A stretch of 20,505 nt of DNA, taken from contig JACOZN010000019.1 of NCBI GenBank assembly GCA_016181305.1, forward strand, positions 1-20,505, written 5' to 3'. Made by a program: the position numbers and the translations under genes. The notes beneath the pieces were generated by a model. That model saw nothing but the letters and a program-made list of their open reading frames with translations. It was not told the DNA's origin and did no database searches. This DNA comes from Candidatus Woesearchaeota archaeon. GTDB lineage: Archaea; Nanobdellota; Nanobdellia; Woesearchaeales; GW2011-AR4. This document shows, one piece after another, positions 15,404 to 20,505 of this stretch; positions within the stretch are counted from its first letter, which is position 1, and each line of letters starts with the position of its first letter.

Positions 15404-17094
15404 GGAAAGACTATAAAAAGCAGCTGTACAGGTATGTAAAAGAGCACCATAGAAATGGGCATAGCCTTGAATCCATTGAAAAAGCGCTTGTAGCATATGG
15501 GCTAGAGGCTGATTATGCCAAAAAATTGATTCTTCAGCATAAGATAAACAATGCCATTGCAATAGCTCTGCCAATAATAGCGGTTCTTGCAGTTTTCATT
15601 TCAATGCCCTTTTTAATCAAGCCCTCGATTGTTGGCTATTCAACAACAGCAAAATCATTTAATTTCAGCGACGATGTCGGGATTGCCGCAAGCGAAAGCT
15701 CGGAATACTTGTGGAACACGGAAAACAAGGGCGCGCTCAGGTCAGTGAGACTGAACGGAAGGGTAAAAGTGAGCGGCAGCGCAAAGGCGTATCTGGAGGG
15801 CGAAAATTTCACCTACCTGATTTTTGACAGCGATAAGCTGAAAAGCGGATTGGAGAAGATAACTGCATTTGCCGTCAGGGAAAACAAAACAAAGGGCCCT
15901 GATGATGAAAAAACAAAAAACAAAACAAAGCAGGAGGACAATGATATTGAATTTGGCGATGATGAAGGCGTTGAGAATGAAACTTCAGCAGATGACACCA
16001 TAAACGTTACAGAGCCAATAACCCAAAACATTACGACAGACTTGAATGAAACACTAGATACAACTACAACAGCCAATGAAACTATAAATGAGACTGAAAT
16101 TGAAGCTCCTGAAATCAATGAAACTATACTGAATGGAACAATAAATGCTACTCCTGTTTCAAATGAAACTGTATTAAATGAAACAATGTTGAATATAACC
16201 CTCAACAAAACAATTAAACTATCGCTGCAATACAGGGAAAACTCGAATTACGACGAGGACAACGATGGCATAGAAAGCATTAATGGGGTTGTGGACCTGA
16301 CAGTTGAAAACACGGAATTCAGCTGGGAGGCAAATGAGGAAAGGCTATGCACGAGGTGGGAGGTATATAATGTTAATGACAGCATTTCAACAACATTCTG
16401 CAATGGCAATGCCGGCTGCTGCGCATTTATTGGATTGCTGCCTAGCAGCGGCAACTGGAACAATGCTTATTACTCAACATTCGGCAAGGATGGAACAGGG
16501 CTTAACAATATTGTTTCTGCGCAAATTATTTACTATGATGCAAATTTAAGCATAGACAATCCAAAATCAGAGATTTATTACTCTGAATGGCAAAACCTCA
16601 GCGTGAACTTCCATGAAGAATATATGGAATTCAGGGATATCTGCATTCAAACATGCATACTGCCGGACTTGAATTCAACAAGCTATAAGATAAGGCTCGA
16701 GGTGAATAATTCCGAACTGATTGCTGACAGCATAAGCTATGAAATTCTTGGCAACGAGACGGCAAACCATGCGCCTGTTTTATTGGGCAATATTTCTGAT
16801 ATTTCATTTTATAGGGGGCAGAGCTATGCCATTAACTTAAGCAGCTACTTTTACGACGAGGACAATGACACCTTGGGCTTCGGCCCATACAATAATTCGG
16901 AAATATACGTGAGCATGGTAAATGAAAGCGCGATACTAACCTCTCCTGAATTTACAGGAACTTCATTTATGTACTTCATTGCAAATGACTCGGCGTACAC
17001 GGCTGTTTCCAATGTTTTCAAGATAGAGGTTAAGGAAAGGAAGGGCTTCGGCCCGGGCTTGAAGTCATTGAGGAAGATAATTGGAATAACATAA
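15400..17094 (+). CDS. Type II membrane surface protein with an NxT-dense acidic stalk, Cys-containing globular domain and C-terminal cadherin/Ig-like domain
   Basis: N-terminal cytoplasmic helical domain, TM AIAIALPIIAVLAVFISMPFLI, stalk at 15883-16212, NHAPVLLGNISD...YFYDEDNDTL Ig/cadherin-like start. Confidence 0.8.
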   Translation: MRKDYKKQLYRYVKEHHRNGHSLESIEKALVAYGLEADYAKKLILQHKINNAIAIALPIIAVLAVFISMPFLIKPSIVGYSTTAKSFNFSDDVGIAASESSEYLWNTENKGALRSVRLNGRVKVSGSAKAYLEGENFTYLIFDSDKLKSGLEKITAFAVRENKTKGPDDEKTKNKTKQEDNDIEFGDDEGVENETSADDTINVTEPITQNITTDLNETLDTTTTANETINETEIEAPEINETILNGTINATPVSNETVLNETMLNITLNKTIKLSLQYRENSNYDEDNDGIESINGVVDLTVENTEFSWEANEERLCTRWEVYNVNDSISTTFCNGNAGCCAFIGLLPSSGNWNNAYYSTFGKDGTGLNNIVSAQIIYYDANLSIDNPKSEIYYSEWQNLSVNFHEEYMEFRDICIQTCILPDLNSTSYKIRLEVNNSELIADSISYEILGNETANHAPVLLGNISDISFYRGQSYAINLSSYFYDEDNDTLGFGPYNNSEIYVSMVNESAILTSPEFTGTSFMYFIANDSAYTAVSNVFKIEVKERKGFGPGLKSLRKIIGIT

Positions 17095-17130
17095 TAGATA
17101 TTCATATGCGTATATTTTATGTATTTCAGG

Positions 17131-17286
17131 CAAAGAAGAGCAAGCGGGTTTCCTCCAACGGCATATGTCGGTAAATGCTTCGCATTTCCGAGCACACTCG
17201 AAAATCTTTGATTTTCGATGAATCCGTTGACACTTTGGACGACATTTTGCTTCGCAAAAGTCCCCTTTCAGAGGACGCTCTCTTTG
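17131..17286. other. Expanded copy of the structured element: multibranch stem-loop array (candidate ncRNA or REP/MITE-like element)
   Basis: Same terminal blocks as 3173-3216. Nested stems TCCTC/GAGGA and CAACGG/CCGTTG; hairpins TCGG-t-AAATGC-TTC-GCATTT-CCGA, TCGAAAATC-TTT-GATTTTCGA and GAC-a-TTTTGC-TTC-GCAAAA-GTC; followed by a T-rich tract on the plus strand. Confidence 0.8.
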
Positions 17287-17498
17287 TTTGAATTTTTTAT
17301 TTTAGTTTATTTTTTGATTATTTTGTAATTGATTTTTATTATTTTCAATTAAAAACACGAGATGCCCATAACCATTCCCAGCAATAATGGGTGCCTTTCT
17401 CCTGATGATTTTCCCTGATTTTATGGCTGAAAGCCTCAATTTTTCCGAAACATTTAAATATAAGTATAATAATTTATATAAGTAATCTAGGTTATTTT

Positions 17499-17690
17499 AT
17501 GCTGACGGAGAAGGAAAGGAAGGTCCTGGAACTGAGGAAAAAGGGCTACAGGCAGGTGGATATAGCCTCAAAGCTTGACGTATCGCAGCCTGCTGTTTCT
17601 GCTTTTGAGAATAACGCATTGAGAAAAATAAGGGATGCAAAAGTGATTATGGATTTTGCGAGGAAAGTGAGGATTGAATATGGCAAATAG
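17499..17690 (+). CDS. Small HTH DNA-binding protein (Tfx/sigma70 region 4-like)
   Basis: LTEKERKVLELRKKGYRQVDIASKLDVSQPAVSAFENNALRKI. The stop overlaps the start of the fibre gene. Confidence 0.75.
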   Translation: MLTEKERKVLELRKKGYRQVDIASKLDVSQPAVSAFENNALRKIRDAKVIMDFARKVRIEYGK

Positions 17691-19908
17691 CAGTCCGGCA
17701 AAAAAAGTGTTGCTTATTTTGATGCCTTTGCTTTTGTTAGCTGTGCCCGTGCTGTCCGCGCCCAATACAATGAACATACAGGGCAAGCTTACAAACCCTT
17801 CAGGCTCTGTACTTACAGGCACTTTCAATTTCACATTCAGGGTTTATGATAACTACACAAGCGGCAACAAGCTTTATGATACAAATATGACTTTGGCAAC
17901 GGATTCAAGGGGTGTTTATGACATAATCCTAAGAGATGTAAACATCACTTTTGCGGACCAGCTTTATCTTGGAGTTAAAGTCAACAATGACGCTGAGATG
18001 GAGCCACGGGTTAACTTGACAAGCAATCCTTCTGCATTCAGGGCGAATATATCTGACGACTTGAACAGGAATAATGCTTATACTGTTTCCGGGGTGAATG
18101 TAACTGGAAACTTAAGCCTTGGGCAGAGGCTTACCTTTGGCTTGGGGCAGTTCTTTGACAACCTTGCCAATGGATGGCTTAAATTAACCGGCGCATTGAA
18201 TGTTACAAGCGGCGCAAGCATTGGAGGGGGCCTGAACATTTCCGAAGACTTGAGGGTTAATAATCAGCTGAATATCACATCTGCCGGAAATTTGGTGACT
18301 GCAGGCTCAATAACCAGCGCTGGAACAATCCAGGGAGTTACACTGACAGATGGAAATGTTACAATCACAGGCGGAGTTGTCAGCGCCAGCCAGGTAAATG
18401 TAGGCGGCGGCTTTAATGCAGGAGGCATGACTTTATTGGGAGCAGACATCATAACACAAGGCGACATCTTGTTTTCAGGCAACATTTCTGTGCTGAATGT
18501 GACTCATTTAAGCGTGAACGGAAGCATACTTCCGGCTTTGGACAGCACTTTTGACATCGGAAACAGCAGTTTCAGGTGGAGGGACTCAAACTTCACAGGC
18601 AGGATTGAGGCAAACGCATTGACTGTGAATGGAAGCACTTTGTATGTTGACAGCGTTAATGGAAGGGTTGGAATTGGGACGGCGAGTCCAGAAAATTTAT
18701 TTCAGATAGTTTCTCCGAATAGCAACTTTACCTATTTAAGCAGCGGAGGAAGTCTAGTTGCAAAGGGTAATGCAGTTAATCAGCCACAGTTGTCGCTTGA
18801 GAATAGCGATGCTGACGCAATAGACCTTAGGGTATTCCAAAGGACAAATACCGGTCCAAATATATTCGGGCAATCGCGCAATGGACTGCAGTATTTAACA
18901 TTCAATCCTAATGGGGTAGCTGTTGTCGGAACAGGGAATGCAAGAGACTTATTATTAGCAACTAATGATGCAGTCAGGGTTAATATATCAAGCGGAGGAA
19001 ATGTTTTGATTCCATCAGGCAATGTCGGCATCGGCACAACATCTCCAAACGATATTTTGGAAGTCATTGGCAATGTAAGAGTTTCAGGCTCCTTGAATGC
19101 CTCTTCAATAAATGCAACCAATATGTATGCTGTTTCATTTCCATTGGGGTGGACTAACCTGACAGATTATCCATCTGCCTGCGCACCGGGGCAGTTTATG
19201 ACGGCAGTTGGCGATACTCTAGGCTGTGCTTCGCCTGCTGAAACCTCAAGCGCAGCAGGCGGCTGGGCAAACACTTCAACAGTAACAGCAACTGCATTAA
19301 GCGTTGTTATAGACAGCGGAACACTTTACGCAAATGCCACAACTAATAATGTTGGGATTGGGACGACGAGTCCTTCGGCAAAATTACATGTAGTTAATCC
19401 AAATACAGCATCTAATCTTTTTGCATTCAACATTACTCAGCAGGATACAGATGCTCAAATAGGCGAATTTACAGTAAATGGTGTAACTACACACAGCTTC
19501 TCATGGAGCGGAACTAATGCAGGTAATATACAACTCTCCAACGGGGGAGTATCAACTGTTTTTATTGGGACTAATCAAGCGTCGTATTTTAACGGCGGCA
19601 ACGTCGGCATCAACACAACCTCTCCAGCACAAACATTGACTGTGCAGGGAACTTTGAATGTAAGCGGAAATGCAACTGGTCCAGGTGCTTTATTTGTTAC
19701 GAGCTCCGGCAATGTCGGCATTGGGACGACGAGTCCTGGGGCAAAGTTGGATGTAGAGGTTGGTACAACTCCTAATGGAATCAGGTTGTTGCACAGCAGC
19801 GGAACTGTGGTTGCAAAATGGAATGTAACTGCACCAGGAGTCAATAATGACATCGTCTTCGGTGCAGTGAGTAATAATCGGCACAACAAGCCCAGGCAAA
19901 AAGCTTGA
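17680..19908 (+). CDS. Secreted phage-tail-fibre-like adhesin, N-terminal part (frameshifted at ~19876)
   Basis: Signal peptide; N-terminal MNIQGKLT...FTFRVYD...EMEPRVNLTS domain; five (G/N)-x-VGI(G/N)T-x-SP repeats. ATG at 17680 follows an SD-like GTGAGG. Confidence 0.8.
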   Translation: MANSSPAKKVLLILMPLLLLAVPVLSAPNTMNIQGKLTNPSGSVLTGTFNFTFRVYDNYTSGNKLYDTNMTLATDSRGVYDIILRDVNITFADQLYLGVKVNNDAEMEPRVNLTSNPSAFRANISDDLNRNNAYTVSGVNVTGNLSLGQRLTFGLGQFFDNLANGWLKLTGALNVTSGASIGGGLNISEDLRVNNQLNITSAGNLVTAGSITSAGTIQGVTLTDGNVTITGGVVSASQVNVGGGFNAGGMTLLGADIITQGDILFSGNISVLNVTHLSVNGSILPALDSTFDIGNSSFRWRDSNFTGRIEANALTVNGSTLYVDSVNGRVGIGTASPENLFQIVSPNSNFTYLSSGGSLVAKGNAVNQPQLSLENSDADAIDLRVFQRTNTGPNIFGQSRNGLQYLTFNPNGVAVVGTGNARDLLLATNDAVRVNISSGGNVLIPSGNVGIGTTSPNDILEVIGNVRVSGSLNASSINATNMYAVSFPLGWTNLTDYPSACAPGQFMTAVGDTLGCASPAETSSAAGGWANTSTVTATALSVVIDSGTLYANATTNNVGIGTTSPSAKLHVVNPNTASNLFAFNITQQDTDAQIGEFTVNGVTTHSFSWSGTNAGNIQLSNGGVSTVFIGTNQASYFNGGNVGINTTSPAQTLTVQGTLNVSGNATGPGALFVTSSGNVGIGTTSPGAKLDVEVGTTPNGIRLLHSSGTVVAKWNVTAPGVNNDIVFGAVSNNRHNKPRQKA

Positions 19909-20505
19909 GGTAGCAGGCACAATAAATGCAACACAATTGAACATAACAGGCAGAAACATCAATTCTTCTTTTGAGGGGGATGTGCAGATAAAAGGGACTT
20001 TGTACGGCGGAAGCCCGCTGAAGATAAGCGGAGGCTTGAATGTTACGTCAGGAACCGTGTCGCTGCCAAGCGGCCAGATAGACGCAGACGAGATTGCTGA
20101 TGGGACAATTGCCACGGGAGATATTGCTACGGACACTATCCTTGCCGGTAATATTGCCGCAGGAGCAGTAGGCACCTCAGAGATTGCTGACGGAACAGTT
20201 TCCACTGATGATATCGCAACAGACACAATAGCGGCAGCAGACATAGCAGCAGGTGCAGTAGGTACCTCAGAGATTGCTGATAATGTTGTATCGTCTACGG
20301 ATATCCTGGATGGCACCATCTTAACTGGAGATATTGGCACAGACACTATTTTAGCAGGGAATATAGCAGCAGGAGCTGTAGGCACAAGCGAGATTGCTGA
20401 CGGAACAGTTTCCACTGATGATATCGCAACAGACACAATAGCGGCAGCAGACATAGCAGCAGGAGCATTAGGCACAAGCGAGATTGCTGACAATACAGTA
20501 ACAGG
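19877..20505 (+). CDS. Continuation of the fibre protein in another frame, open to the window end (not in ORF track)
   Basis: Manual translation: IGTTSPGKKLEVAGTINATQLNITG...GGSPLKISGGLNVTSG...IDADEIADGTIATGDIATDTILAGNIAAGAVGTSEIADG... with no stop. The track ORF 19690..20493(-) is its antisense shadow. Confidence 0.85.
   Translation, partial: MGTTSPGKKLEVAGTINATQLNITGRNINSSFEGDVQIKGTLYGGSPLKISGGLNVTSGTVSLPSGQIDADEIADGTIATGDIATDTILAGNIAAGAVGTSEIADGTVSTDDIATDTIAAADIAAGAVGTSEIADNVVSSTDILDGTILTGDIGTDTILAGNIAAGAVGTSEIADGTVSTDDIATDTIAAADIAAGALGTSEIADNTVT
20180..20463 (+). repeat. Coding pentapeptide-periodic repeat region with a 74-nt exact duplication
   Basis: 20180-20253 is identical to 20390-20463; offset 210 nt = 70 aa = 14 pentapeptides. 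Confidence 0.9.

Noticed and set aside
17131-17286. Hammerhead ribozyme, RNase P RNA or archaeal SECIS
   Set aside because: The minus strand has CUGAAAG rather than CUGANGA and the short copy lacks it; GAGGAAACC does not extend to the RNase P GAGGAAAGUCC/P4 pattern; the upstream gene has no in-frame TGA.
17357-17401. Imperfect hairpin GAGA-TGCCCAT ... ATGGGTG-CCTT-TCTC
   Set aside because: It is a weak stem with wobbles, single copy, with no recognisable motif, so it cannot be supported as a feature.
17403-17430. C/D box sRNA (TGATGA ... CTGA ... CTGA)
   Set aside because: The spacers are only 6-8 nt and there is no C' box, which is too short for guide regions.
18661-19740. GC-content mosaicism between fibre modules as proof of shuffling
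   Set aside because: Spot counts varied within modules as much as between them; a proper sliding-window and codon analysis is needed.
595-20493. Numerous short or antisense ORFs in the track (e.g. 595-1014, 7996-8412, 8397-8873, 11596-12057, 15813-16208, 19690-20493)
   Set aside because: They are shadows of well-supported genes on the other strand or frame, with Ser/Pro/Cys-rich non-protein-like composition.
1-20505. CRISPR array, rRNA, integrase or transposase
   Set aside because: No regularly spaced repeat-spacer series, no rRNA-like sequence, and no ORF with recombinase or transposase motifs.

Overview
Archaeal chromosomal window, most likely from a DPANN/Woesearchaeota-like organism. 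This is inferred from the archaeal PolB, NadM, RibL and Dph6-like genes, the BRE/TATA promoters, an intron-containing tRNA, tight gene packing and several large surface proteins. Left part: YkgJ-like protein, dnaJ, wHTH, nadM, SAM methyltransferase, Dph6-like PP-loop ATPase, a ribL-VKOR-doxX operon, an orphan, a bacterial-type (GSI-beta) glnA, lrp and tRNA-Pro(CGG). Right part: an 877-aa surface protein, polB, and two units in which a small DNA-binding protein leads large secreted/membrane proteins, the last being a tail-fibre-like adhesin that runs off the window end. Signals not in the ORF track: (1) a 38-nt direct repeat (35/38 identical, containing a BRE/TATA promoter) brackets glnA like a cassette; (2) a two-block structured element occurs twice, as a minimal form at 3173-3216 and an expanded multibranch form at 17131-17286; (3) tRNA-Pro has a 29-nt non-canonical D-arm intron; (4) three GTATAY boxes phased at 10 bp lie upstream of a tandem-RHH gene; (5) four apparent internal deletions (dnaJ, nadM, dph6/doxX, fibre gene) are most simply explained as assembly or gap-removal artefacts and need read-level checking. 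No CRISPR array, rRNA, transposase or integrase was found.
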